A stretch of 63,273 bases of DNA, the filler included, from Stramenopiles sp. TOSAG23-6 (Eukaryota): assembly GCA_900128565.1 (NCBI GenBank). It is 11 parts of 11 records of this genome, joined end to end, with 100 filler letters (N's around TTAATTAATTAA, not from the genome) between each part and the next. Parts side by side here need not be neighbours in the genome. Positions count along the whole stretch, not along the records: positions 41,922 to 50,169 come from LT636465.1; positions 50,270 to 58,502 come from LT636466.1; 9 more parts are not named here. The stretch is one strand, 5' to 3'. How positions within the stretch are numbered: the stretch's first letter is position 1; each line of letters begins with the position of its first letter. Both the position numbers and the translations under genes were made by a program. Below, one piece after another: positions 43,592 to 56,027 of this stretch. The notes below the pieces were generated by a model, which had not been told where the DNA came from, made no database searches, and saw only the letters and a program-made list of their open reading frames with translations.

Positions 43592-45858
43592 ATGTTATCC
43601 TATGTATTGCAAATACTATGGAAAACCGTACTATACTTGATGTGTATTCCGTTATTCTTTTTTATTATTGGAGTAGCAAAGGATCTGCTAAGTTCTTCAA
43701 AACAGCTGAAACCAAATTTTTTCAATGAGAATTCACCGCGTTCAGACTCTGACGAAAAAAAACAAACGAAAGAAAACTTCGGCTTTCAAATAAAAAAACA
43801 ACACAAAGGTGAAGAAGACTCTGTAAGTAGTAATGATGAAGCATTCTTCGATAGCGATGAAAATCTTTTAAATTGGAGAAATACTCAACAGCAACAGGAG
43901 AATAAGTCTTTCCGTCCCATTCAAAAACAGCCAAAACTACACCTACAAAAATCTGAAACAAAACGTGCAACATCTGCATCTACTTTACGTGATCCATCCG
44001 ACAGGTTCAAGAAGAGTAAATTCTCAGAGACTTCATCAAGTGCATCTAATATTCACGCTAGTTATAACTCTTTTATTTCGTCGGGTCAATCAAATATTTC
44101 AAATTCTTCAAAAAATCAAGTGAGTACCCTCCGTCAACGTAACACTCAAAAATACAATACAAAATCAAAACAACGGCCAAGTATAAACAATGGTCGATAT
44201 TTCACGTCTACAATAAATACTATTCAAAAAGGGAAAAATAATGGAATGAGTAATCCTACCTCTACAACAGCAACGGTAAAAGATGATTCACAAATCCGCA
44301 CTAACGTTAAAAAAAATATTGGTACAAGTCATGCTAGGGTTAAGGGCATAAAAAAAAGCAAAAGTTATCGTCGATTATTTTTCTGTACACAACTTACTCT
44401 TGTCATAATGGTTATTAGTCATCTATTACTGTACAATAATGATAATAATGATAATAATGATGAAAAATTAGAAAAAACTGTTTTTTTTGATGAAGAGAAC
44501 ACTAATCACGAAATCAAGAACAATTCATTTTTTTTTCCTGAACATTCGACACAGTTTTATAATGCATATAGAGGTAATATTATATCTTTTTTTGCTTATA
44601 ATTTGAATCTTGTCTATAACATTCAGTACATTAATATTATCTCTCATCCATTTGAAAATGTTGTGAAAATATTTCAGAAAAGTAAATTCGAAATTCAAAA
44701 TATCTCAAAGAAATTTTATGTTACCCCTAACCCTAATCGAAAAAAAAATGATGAACAAGAAAAATACACGAAATATTTCATTTTGATGAGTAAAAAAATG
44801 ACGTCATCAACACCAAATATATTACAAACAACACGTTTCAGTTTTTTATGGCCACCGCACGTATGTCATTTCGAATTTCGAATTTAAAATACAATGTTTT
44901 TTTTTTTTTTTTTTNGTTTTCATACGAAATTTCATACCTAACAAAACAATATTAAAAAAAAAAAAAAAAAAAAATATTTTTCACAATATATATACTTGGT
45001 GCTAGTATACTATTAGTAACCGATTTACGTTGGGAAGCATGTATATTATTATGCATTCTGTTATTTGTTCTTTTTGATATTTTTTTTCTAAACAATAGAA
45101 TATTAAAGTGTCACAACAGAAATATGAATCGAATGAATAAAAAAATGTCAACAATTTCGAACTTTAACCCTAACCCTAGTGTGCTCCACACGAAATCATG
45201 TAGATTATATGATACAAGAAACAATTTTCAAAACAAAGATGAAACAAAATATAACGAAAAACAAAAACGTGAAATGTTCAATGAAAAAAATATAAGAAAC
45301 CCTAACCCTAATGAAGTCAGAGAAATAAAAGAAACAAAAGAAACAAAAGAAACAAAAAATATTCAAAACCCTAACCCTAATAAAATTGAAACAAATGATG
45401 ACACAAAAAATGTAACTCCTTTTCCTACTATTCCGCATCAACAAGGGGAATTAAATGAATTAGGTGAAGATTTACATAATGTATGTTAGATTGTATCATT
45501 GAATATCCAAAAAAAAATTAAATTTTTTTTTTCATACGAAATTTCATACCTAACAAATTTTCAAAAAAAAAAAATCAATTTTTTTTTTTTTTTTTTTTTT
45601 TTGGTAGAGAATTCTATACCTAACAAAATTTCAAAATTATTTTGACATATGTATCAAAAATAAATGTTGTTGAAGATTCCTTTGAGGCATTTCAAGGATT
45701 TATTGATGAAGATAATGAAAATTCAATTACCAGCGGGTTTAAATTGAAAGATGACGTCACTGAATTTTTTTCTGATTTATATTACGATATATCCACATAT
45801 ATATTTGGCGAAAAAATAATTGAACATTCTGAAAATGATGATAGTACTAGTACTAGTT
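43592..45858 (+). CDS. Hypothetical low-complexity membrane protein; exons 43592-44860, 44992-45480, 45651-45858 (mirror copy on minus at 46233-48499)
   Basis: Forms one open frame after removing family introns 44861-44991 and 45481-45650. Confidence 0.55.
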
Positions 45859-45909
45859 GTATGTTTTTTTTGACTATGAAAAATTTTGTACCCAACAAAA
45901 AATCAAAAA

Positions 45910-45940
<31 letters not shown>

Positions 45941-46150
45941 CTTTGTTTTTTTTTTTCTATGAAATTTTTTGCCTAACAAATTTTTTTTTTTAAATATTTT
46001 NNNNNNNNNNNNNNNNNNNNNNNNNNNNNNNNNNNNNNNNNNNNNNNNNNNNNNNNNNNNNNNNNNNNNNNNNNNNNNNNNNNNNNNNNNAAAATATTTA
46101 AAAAAAAAAATTTGTTAGGCAAAAAATTTCATAGAAAAAAAAAAACAAAG

Positions 46151-46181
<31 letters not shown>

Positions 46182-49100
46182 TTTTTGATTTTTTGTTGGG
46201 TACAAAATTTTTCATAGTCAAAAAAAACATACAACTAGTACTAGTACTATCATCATTTTCAGAATGTTCAATTATTTTTTCGCCAAATATATATGTGGAT
46301 ATATCGTAATATAAATCAGAAAAAAATTCAGTGACGTCATCTTTCAATTTAAACCCGCTGGTAATTGAATTTTCATTATCTTCATCAATAAATCCTTGAA
46401 ATGCCTCAAAGGAATCTTCAACAACATTTATTTTTGATACATATGTCAAAATAATTTTGAAATTTTGTTAGGTATAGAATTCTCTACCAAAAAAAAAAAA
46501 AAAAAAAAAAAATTGATTTTTTTTTTTTGAAAATTTGTTAGGTATGAAATTTCGTATGAAAAAAAAAATTTAATTTTTTTTTGGATATTCAATGATACAA
46601 TCTAACATACATTATGTAAATCTTCACCTAATTCATTTAATTCCCCTTGTTGATGCGGAATAGTAGGAAAAGGAGTTACATTTTTTGTGTCATCATTTGT
46701 TTCAATTTTATTAGGGTTAGGGTTTTGAATATTTTTTGTTTCTTTTGTTTCTTTTGTTTCTTTTATTTCTCTGACTTCATTAGGGTTAGGGTTTCTTATA
46801 TTTTTTTCATTGAACATTTCACGTTTTTGTTTTTCGTTATATTTTGTTTCATCTTTGTTTTGAAAATTGTTTCTTGTATCATATAATCTACATGATTTCG
46901 TGTGGAGCACACTAGGGTTAGGGTTAAAGTTCGAAATTGTTGACATTTTTTTATTCATTCGATTCATATTTCTGTTGTGACACTTTAATATTCTATTGTT
47001 TAGAAAAAAAATATCAAAAAGAACAAATAACAGAATGCATAATAATATACATGCTTCCCAACGTAAATCGGTTACTAATAGTATACTAGCACCAAGTATA
47101 TATATTGTGAAAAATATTTTTTTTTTTTTTTTTTTTTAATATTGTTTTGTTAGGTATGAAATTTCGTATGAAAACNAAAAAAAAAAAAAAAAAACATTGT
47201 ATTTTAAATTCGAAATTCGAAATGACATACGTGCGGTGGCCATAAAAAACTGAAACGTGTTGTTTGTAATATATTTGGTGTTGATGACGTCATTTTTTTA
47301 CTCATCAAAATGAAATATTTCGTGTATTTTTCTTGTTCATCATTTTTTTTTCGATTAGGGTTAGGGGTAACATAAAATTTCTTTGAGATATTTTGAATTT
47401 CGAATTTACTTTTCTGAAATATTTTCACAACATTTTCAAATGGATGAGAGATAATATTAATGTACTGAATGTTATAGACAAGATTCAAATTATAAGCAAA
47501 AAAAGATATAATATTACCTCTATATGCATTATAAAACTGTGTCGAATGTTCAGGAAAAAAAAATGAATTGTTCTTGATTTCGTGATTAGTGTTCTCTTCA
47601 TCAAAAAAAACAGTTTTTTCTAATTTTTCATCATTATTATCATTATTATCATTATTGTACAGTAATAGATGACTAATAACCATTATGACAAGAGTAAGTT
47701 GTGTACAGAAAAATAATCGACGATAACTTTTGCTTTTTTTTATGCCCTTAACCCTAGCATGACTTGTACCAATATTTTTTTTAACGTTAGTGCGGATTTG
47801 TGAATCATCTTTTACCGTTGCTGTTGTAGAGGTAGGATTACTCATTCCATTATTTTTCCCTTTTTGAATAGTATTTATTGTAGACGTGAAATATCGACCA
47901 TTGTTTATACTTGGCCGTTGTTTTGATTTTGTATTGTATTTTTGAGTGTTACGTTGACGGAGGGTACTCACTTGATTTTTTGAAGAATTTGAAATATTTG
48001 ATTGACCCGACGAAATAAAAGAGTTATAACTAGCGTGAATATTAGATGCACTTGATGAAGTCTCTGAGAATTTACTCTTCTTGAACCTGTCGGATGGATC
48101 ACGTAAAGTAGATGCAGATGTTGCACGTTTTGTTTCAGATTTTTGTAGGTGTAGTTTTGGCTGTTTTTGAATGGGACGGAAAGACTTATTCTCCTGTTGC
48201 TGTTGAGTATTTCTCCAATTTAAAAGATTTTCATCGCTATCGAAGAATGCTTCATCATTACTACTTACAGAGTCTTCTTCACCTTTGTGTTGTTTTTTTA
48301 TTTGAAAGCCGAAGTTTTCTTTCGTTTGTTTTTTTTCGTCAGAGTCTGAACGCGGTGAATTCTCATTGAAAAAATTTGGTTTCAGCTGTTTTGAAGAACT
48401 TAGCAGATCCTTTGCTACTCCAATAATAAAAAAGAATAACGGAATACACATCAAGTATAGTACGGTTTTCCATAGTATTTGCAATACATAGGATAACATT
48501 GTTTACATGTAGAGAGAGGACTAAAAGTTTAAAACAAAAGATCAGTATTGTATTCTCTCTCTCCAAGAAAAGATTTTCTTCTCTTCCTCCCGAGTCAAAC
48601 AAACTGTCGTGTGTCGCTTTAAGTATAAAATTTTCGTACAAAATGAAAAAACAAAATGAAAAACGTCAAAACAAAAATTTTACAATCGAATCTCTGACCA
48701 ATTTCACCCCTTGATGAGATTTTGCGACCAATTTTTAAATTGTAAATTGGAATATTTTTTTAGCTTTTTTGATCTCTTTTTTTTTGACTAGTACGCCTTA
48801 ACCACCTTTAATAATAAAGTCCAGCATCTAAAAGTGCATACACAAGGTTGGATATTTGACGGTTTTGTGTAGATTATATATGGAAGTAAGACATGCCATC
48901 TATATTGGACAGTTCGTTCAGTTTTTCACTTCCTCACGTAAAGTCACGCCAGTATTTTTCCATAGTCTGTGACACGAATCAGGATATAAACGACGGTGTT
49001 TTTTTAATTGGGTCTCTGGATAATGGAATTCATGTATTTTCTGCTACAACTGGGATGAAGATACATGACATAAAGACTCAGTTTAGATATTTATATTGTG

Positions 49101-50269
49101 TCGAATATGCAAAAGTATATGATTGCATTATTACTGTAGAAAGTTGTACTCAATTCCAGATGGACCGTCCAATGCCTCTAGAAAGCAGAAACAATGAGTT
49201 CTATATTTGTGTCTATTCAAATTGGCGTGGTCCTCTAGATAACATACCATACGATAGCATATCTATATATGCATATCCCTTGTCTTATCCATTATACAAA
49301 GATAAAATTCATGATGAAACATGGATGCATAAATGTAGTAACAAACCAGTTTTTGGGGACAACAACAACAACAACAAGCAAACTTGGATGAATCCTAACC
49401 CTAATTTGTTTACAAAAAAGACGAATTTGAAGAATTATGTACCCAATTTCATTCTTTCCCTTCATGAAAATGATACAACAATGTGTTATATAAGCATAGG
49501 CTATCACCATAGGATATATTTACTTGAATTACTTTGTACAAATCAAAATCAGATGTCTCAAAATTCTGAAAAACACAAAAATCATAAAAAATATGAAAAA
49601 GACAAAACTTGTAAAACATTAGCTATTTTGAATATACCGAATACATATGATGACTATATTTGTCATGTTACNTATTNTACTTTTTNGTAATACTATTTTG
49701 TATTCATTAGGTACAAAAATAGGTAGAAATATTTTTTCAGGTAGTCGTATTTTTATGCTTCAGCTTCCAAAGAAATCTTTAGGTATCAATATTCGTACGA
49801 ATATTAAAAAAAATAAAAAAAATAAAACGTTTCAATGGAATGATCATAAGGAAAATTGTATTAATGACGAAACAGAAATGAATATTTTTTTTTATGAAGA
49901 TGGAAATCAACAAAAAACACAAAAAACACGAAATGTAAAAAATAATCCTAGCACATCACTCAATGTAAAACATCAAAATTCTTTTGACGATCTAACAGGT
50001 TGGTATGAAGATATTCACATAAACAATAATAATAATAATAATAATAGTAATAATAATAGTAATAATAATACATCTAATACATCTGATAATTTGTCATTCA
50101 ATTCTAGCCCTAATCCTAGAAAAATTGAAATTCAACTATTTAGTGATCATCAACAGAATACACATAAAANNNNNNNNNNNNNNNNNNNNNNNNNNNNNNN
50201 NNNNNNNNNNNNNTTAATTAATTAANNNNNNNNNNNNNNNNNNNNNNNNNNNNNNNNNNNNNNNNNNNN

Positions 50270-51818
50270 ACCTCTACAGTCCTCACCACGTAAATATAAT
50301 AGTTACAGTAGTAGTGACATACTACATCATGTATCTAAGAAGTCATCACCTTCTGCTATGAAGCAAAATCACATGTTTCATTCTGAAAGTGAAATTATCG
50401 AATTAAATGTGAATTCAATGAAAGAAATATTTTTAAATGAACCTGATGTTTTTCGACGTTATCAAGAAACTGTTCCTGACATCGAAACAGAAACTTCTTT
50501 CTGGAAAAGATATTTTCAACAAAAAAAGGATAATGAAATTATTGATATGACAGATACTATGACGAATATTCAGGGAAATAAAAGTAATAAAAAAATAGAC
50601 AAAAAAAACCTTTTACGGAAATTAAAAAACGAACGCAAAAAAATGGCACAATCTGGATCAATAGCCTTGACGCTGTCGGATAAATTAGGACCGTATCGAC
50701 CAAATACTGGTACTTTACTAGGATTCAATGAAAATATATCTGAAGATATNGATGGTGATTTTTCATTGGCAGGTTTACCGACAATTAAAAAAAAGGGCGA
50801 AAATATTGTTGAAAAATGGAATAAAGGTGGCCAACAAATTTTAGATTATACGGAACTTCGTTCTTTTGATAAATTACAGCAACAACAAAAACAAAATAAT
50901 GATACCAATGATAGTAAATGTAAAGTAAACAATTTTGGACCAAGTCATGGGTCTAATAGTACTTCTGATGTTGCCAAGGAGTTAAGTAAAGAAAAAAGTA
51001 ATAATTTTGTACATTTTAGTTGTGATATTAAAAATAATCCTAAGAAAATGAAGAAAATAAAAACTGTTCAAATACAGAACAATAAAANTACAATTGGAAG
51101 TACAATTGTTAATAGTAATAATGATGATAGTAATAATGATGATAGTAATAATGATAATAATAATGATGATAAAAGTAATAGTAGTAATAATGATGATAAT
51201 GATATTATAAGTNAACAACAACAAGAATATTTCTATAATGAAATCTCAACGTTATCTCCTCCCAAAACAAATGAAACTGATCATATGAACAAGACAATCA
51301 AATTAAAAAATATGTGGAATTTTTTACCAGTTGAAGTAAAATTCTTTCGAAATAAATCACGAAATCTTCAACAGCAATCTGAGTTATATTCATCACTAAA
51401 AGATTTGACGATATCAACACAAGAAATATTAAAACATTTATGGAGTGTTATCACTCAGCTTTCTATAGTAAAGGGTAGGAGAAAGAATGGAAGTGATAAT
51501 TTATGGTTATGGACAAAGGGTAATAGACTTGCAGTCCAATTATTGGCGCGAAAAAAACAATGTGAAATGCAATACACATTTTGGATGTCAGCTTTTGATG
51601 TTGTGGTACCGGGTAATGCGAAGATACCTAGAAAATCGGAATCTATGTTGCAAAATAATTCAGCAGCTTATGCTTTCAGAAATTTAATGTCCCAAATGGA
51701 TTGTGCTCTAACAGCGTTGAATACTATAGGGATTACTAGAAGATGGAATAAAAAACAAACAGGAAAATCTACAAAGAAAAGAAAACATGATTTTTCAGAT
51801 ATTATTGTTGTGGAATAA
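50270..51818 (+). CDS. TFIIH p62 (TFB1/GTF2H1)-like BSD-domain protein, probably 5'-truncated
   Basis: LNVNSMKEIFLNEPDVFRRYQETVP..ETSFWKRYFQ (second BSD domain); C-terminal TQEILKHLWS. Confidence 0.65.
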
Positions 51819-52163
51819 AATTGAATAAAATTGATTTTGAACCAATGCTTACCTTTTTCTAGATTTTATTGCTTGCTAATGGAAAGGTAAAAGTTTATTA
51901 TCGTATATGATGTCAACATAGTACCCTACTAAAATATATATTATAATAATTATTTAAGTCCAAAAAAAATGATTTTTGTGAACCAACACGAAATATCCCA
52001 AATCGGGCGTATGATTAAAAAAATCAATCTAAATCGCGACATCGACTCCGGTCAATAATGACATTTTCACATGAAATAATTAATTCATGACCTTTTATTA
52101 TTTAGTATATACGTAACAGATCTGATCATCTTTCATTCAGTATTAGATATTAGTTATACTGTA

Positions 52164-55100
52164 ATGTCGGGTTCGAGTCTGGTCGAAATCACAGAATTTG
52201 ATCTCATATGGAGTAGTAAGGGTTTGACTGGTTACTCAAGTGCCTCTATATGGCGACCAAAGCTCCCAAGAGCACCATCTGCAGCTTTTGCATTTTGTCG
52301 ACTTGGGGATGTCGTGGTCGAAGGTTTTGAACCACCTCGTAAAACTGTCGTTGTGTTGAGTGATCTTTCAGATGGCGTCGTTCGCAAACCATCAGATTAT
52401 GAATTAATATCAGTAATACGTGACAAAGATAGCACTGAACATGACAGTAGCTTCTGGCGACCAATAGCCCCCCCAGGATATGTCGCACTTGGTGATATTG
52501 CTTCTCCCACTAGGGAAAAGCCTCCAAGTGATGCCGTTGCATGTGTGCTGCGACAATGTGTGCTTGTTGCACCCCTTGGCGATCAACTCTGGACATCTAA
52601 TGATGATATTTCAGGCTGTGCAGTTTGGAATATTGATAATGGTTTTTCGACATTTCTAGCAACAAATAGTTCCACAAAAAGTCCAGATCATGTACCTGCT
52701 CGCTTAAACCCTGACACCCCTCCTGTTTGTGCATTAGACTTTATCGAAGCAACATTTACAAGTCCCCGTTTAGGTATCACCGTGAAAGATGGTATTGTCA
52801 TCGCAATTGCGGCTACCTGCGTTGCGCGTAATATTTATGTAGGAGATCGCATTACAGAAGTTGGCGGACTTTCTGTGGCTGGAGGCTCTGACTCAGTGGT
52901 CGTTGGAGCAATAAAATCTCATCCAGATCGACCTTTAGTTGTTACATTTTGTCGAAATGTAACCAGTAGCAATCAAATAAAAAGCAAAACAGCTGATACA
53001 AAATCACGGGCAATTTCATCACAATCTGCAAATTCGGATGGTTTTATCGATTTGAAGCCAAATGAGTCACTTAAAAAAAAAAATAGAACTCTTTCGAAAG
53101 ATATTACTCCACAAAAACAACCACCTAAAGTGCCACCAAGACGTGTGAGTTCTAATACTATTCCACAGAATATTACTATACAAAAGAAACGGTCTACTGT
53201 CAAATCTGAAGAAATGAATACGACAGAAAGTCAAACAAGTAACCCTAACCCTACTTCAAATCAAAGTAATAATGATGATAACAATCCTTCCTCTATAAAG
53301 AATAATAGTAATAAGAATAAAGAAGGTGGTGGCCCTCGGCAAATTCAAAATCCTTCAGGTACAAAATTAATTACGGAAAATAATTCAAATTCAGATTCTT
53401 TAGAAAAGTTGGAAGATATTGAAGCAGAAGAACTTGCACAGATGTTGCTCGCTTCAACTGTGGTTGATGAAGCTAAAATAAATGGTATAGAAGAAGATTT
53501 GGCTGCACAAGCTCTGGCCGAAAGATTTAATGGTAAAGTTAATAACAATAGAATACAAAATGAAGCATTTTTTTTAGATGGGCCTCCAGGTTTGCCGAAA
53601 TCTTCATTAAGTGGTTCAACATCATCTGATAATACAAATGATGCTGTACTTGAATCTAAAAACACAAAATCAGATAGTAATGAAGCTACTGAAGCATCTT
53701 CCAATGCAGCTAAGGCTGTGCAACTTTCAGCTCAGTTATCGTGTACTAATTCATCTGATGATGATTCTGATGATTGGGAAAATGTAGAAAATAGTGATGT
53801 AACGACAAAGAATAATGAAAATTTAAATCTTCAAAAGTTATATGATATGTTATGCTTCAAAGATTTGAATAAAAAACTCGGTGAAAATTTTTCAGAGCAA
53901 ATGATGCAACCAAACGCAAATAGGCGACTGCTCTTTCAAGGCTTGCTTACAAAGAAAGGGACTAGGTCGCTTTTTAGAGGAAATCGGAAGAGAATTGTCT
54001 ATTTGTTTAATGATGTGATTGTAGTTGCTGAAGATAAGCTTAACCGAAAAGGACTTCGTGTGGTCCATGGAACTGTACAAGTTAATTCTGATTCTTTGGT
54101 TACAGTATATGATTTAGCATCAAATGAAGAAGAGGCTCCATTCAGTTTTAAAATTTCTGATCCNAAAACAAGAGAATATATTTTTATTGCTGATAGTAAT
54201 GATGAAAAACTTTTTTGGTTGGACCAATTAATGGTTGTATTTTGTTCAGTTTTATCTGATAATGATCCTCGTAAATTGATGGTAGGATTCAAACATACAA
54301 TTATACAGGGAACTCTTCACTCTGCTTGCGTACAAGGTCGTGCTGATCTTCTCAAAACTTTAATTGATGCGAAATTATCTAAAGAATATTCGGATGAGGA
54401 CAATGAGATGGAGAATAATCTGCGTAATATTTTAGTTGATGTAAATGATTTCGACGATCAAGGATACACGCCATTACACTACACAATTCTTTACAAACAT
54501 ACGAAATGTCTCAAACTTTTACTAGATAATAACAAAAATAGTCCTAGATTTGAGTTAGTTGTTGATATAGTGAGTAATCGTACACCAAAGGGAAGGACGC
54601 CTCTATGCATTGCTGCATCTGTTGTACATGTACCCTCTGTGATTGAATTGTTAAAATCTGGTGCTGCTGTTGGATTCCGTGATGTGGATCAATTAACTCC
54701 TCTTCATATCAGCGTAAATATTGCTATTGATGAAGAAGACAACTCATCAGATGCTCATCGATGTGTCGGACATCTCCTTCATTATGGAGTGGTGGTACAA
54801 AGTGGAAATAGTTTCCGTGACTCCGTTACTGGTGATACTTTGTTATCTACAGTNACAGGTCAAGCGACTCGCTCAGGTGCAGGTCATATAGTGAAACTTT
54901 TAATGGACTTTGGTGCAGATCCAAATAAAATACGAAAATCTGACGGAAATACACCTTTAATCACTGCATGTTCTCTTGGTGGAAGTGTAAATGTTGATGT
55001 GGTTAAACATTTGTTAGCTGCGGGTGCGCAACCTAACCTTCGAAACAAAATTGGTAGAACTGCACTTCATACACTACTCCAAGCAGGTAAAACCGAAAAA

Positions 55101-55955
55101 ACTGAAGGTAAAACTGTGAATACTGCTGGAGAGTATGCAGTTTTAATGACACTACTCTCGTATGGTGCTCGATTAGATGTAGAGGATGATATTGGTGTTC
55201 CTGCAACTCAATTGTGTTCATCAAGCTCTCTCTCTGGTTTACAAAATATAGAAAAATCATCATGGGGGTGTAAAAAGGCTCCTAAAGTCTCGTATGAATT
55301 AACTAGAATGTTATCAAAAGATGCTCTTCACTTGTTACAGGCAGATCCTCGTTGGATTCAAGACAATTCNTCAGATGTCTGTCTTTTATGTAACAATCGG
55401 TTTGGTTTAAGACGAAGAAGACATCATTGTAAAAATTGTGGTTTATTAGTTTGTTATTATTGTTGTACTAAAGAGTTTCCATTAGCTCTAATGGACATGA
55501 CTAATCCTCCGCCCAGTGGTGAATCTGTTGTTGTGGATGTTCGAGATACTAAAGTTTGTGATGGTTGTTTCAATTCTTTGTGTAGCCGGGCTGTCAAATT
55601 ACAACTTAATTGGAAAAAAGAAAGTAAACAAAGAATAGAAAAAGAGAGAAAACATTCTGCGAGAGTTGCAGCTGCTGCGGCTGCTCGAAAACGCCTTGGC
55701 TTAGCACCTGATAATGGTATGAACAATGATCTTTCCACAGGAGGTAGAAGAACACAAACTGGTGCCGTAAAGTCCTCTGCACGGTCAGCTAATAGTTCTT
55801 TGTTTCGCGCTAGGGATGCGGCAAATAAAAGGGGGGAAGCATTGAGTGAGCTTGGCGACCGTAGTTCGAAGATGGCTTCTACTGCAAGTGAATTTCATGA
55901 TTTGTGTAAAGCTCTTAATGCGAAGCAAGAAAAAAAAATATTTGGAATTTGGTAA
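52164..55955 (+). CDS. Vps62-like, PDZ, PH, ankyrin, FYVE and C-terminal R-SNARE-like domain protein; intronless
   Basis: SIWRP..RLGDVV..GFEPP and FWRPIAPPGYVALGD; GDRITEVGG; RIVYLFNDVIVV..EKLFWL; GYTPLH, GRTPL and GRTALH; WIQD..CLLC..RRRHHCKNCGLLVCYYC..KVCDGC; KRGEALSELGDRSSKMASTASEF. Confidence 0.85.
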   Translation: MSGSSLVEITEFDLIWSSKGLTGYSSASIWRPKLPRAPSAAFAFCRLGDVVVEGFEPPRKTVVVLSDLSDGVVRKPSDYELISVIRDKDSTEHDSSFWRPIAPPGYVALGDIASPTREKPPSDAVACVLRQCVLVAPLGDQLWTSNDDISGCAVWNIDNGFSTFLATNSSTKSPDHVPARLNPDTPPVCALDFIEATFTSPRLGITVKDGIVIAIAATCVARNIYVGDRITEVGGLSVAGGSDSVVVGAIKSHPDRPLVVTFCRNVTSSNQIKSKTADTKSRAISSQSANSDGFIDLKPNESLKKKNRTLSKDITPQKQPPKVPPRRVSSNTIPQNITIQKKRSTVKSEEMNTTESQTSNPNPTSNQSNNDDNNPSSIKNNSNKNKEGGGPRQIQNPSGTKLITENNSNSDSLEKLEDIEAEELAQMLLASTVVDEAKINGIEEDLAAQALAERFNGKVNNNRIQNEAFFLDGPPGLPKSSLSGSTSSDNTNDAVLESKNTKSDSNEATEASSNAAKAVQLSAQLSCTNSSDDDSDDWENVENSDVTTKNNENLNLQKLYDMLCFKDLNKKLGENFSEQMMQPNANRRLLFQGLLTKKGTRSLFRGNRKRIVYLFNDVIVVAEDKLNRKGLRVVHGTVQVNSDSLVTVYDLASNEEEAPFSFKISDXKTREYIFIADSNDEKLFWLDQLMVVFCSVLSDNDPRKLMVGFKHTIIQGTLHSACVQGRADLLKTLIDAKLSKEYSDEDNEMENNLRNILVDVNDFDDQGYTPLHYTILYKHTKCLKLLLDNNKNSPRFELVVDIVSNRTPKGRTPLCIAASVVHVPSVIELLKSGAAVGFRDVDQLTPLHISVNIAIDEEDNSSDAHRCVGHLLHYGVVVQSGNSFRDSVTGDTLLSTXTGQATRSGAGHIVKLLMDFGADPNKIRKSDGNTPLITACSLGGSVNVDVVKHLLAAGAQPNLRNKIGRTALHTLLQAGKTEKTEGKTVNTAGEYAVLMTLLSYGARLDVEDDIGVPATQLCSSSSLSGLQNIEKSSWGCKKAPKVSYELTRMLSKDALHLLQADPRWIQDNXSDVCLLCNNRFGLRRRRHHCKNCGLLVCYYCCTKEFPLALMDMTNPPPSGESVVVDVRDTKVCDGCFNSLCSRAVKLQLNWKKESKQRIEKERKHSARVAAAAAARKRLGLAPDNGMNNDLSTGGRRTQTGAVKSSARSANSSLFRARDAANKRGEALSELGDRSSKMASTASEFHDLCKALNAKQEKKIFGIW

Positions 55956-56027
55956 AAACACTTATAAAATCCACGATTGTTGAATGACTATATACCTTTC
56001 TTATTTTATAGAAGCAAATTTATTTAT

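Larger units (their letters stand above)
41922..50169. repeat. Perfect 4.08-kb inverted duplication around an N gap (scaffolding artefact)
   Basis: 46091-50169 is the reverse complement of 41922-46000, including identical ambiguous n positions. Confidence 0.92.

Noticed and set aside
41922-50169. 8.2-kb perfect palindrome as a real hairpin or amplicon
   Set aside because: The arms are identical, including mirrored ambiguous n bases, and meet at an N gap. This indicates one contig scaffolded against its own reverse complement.
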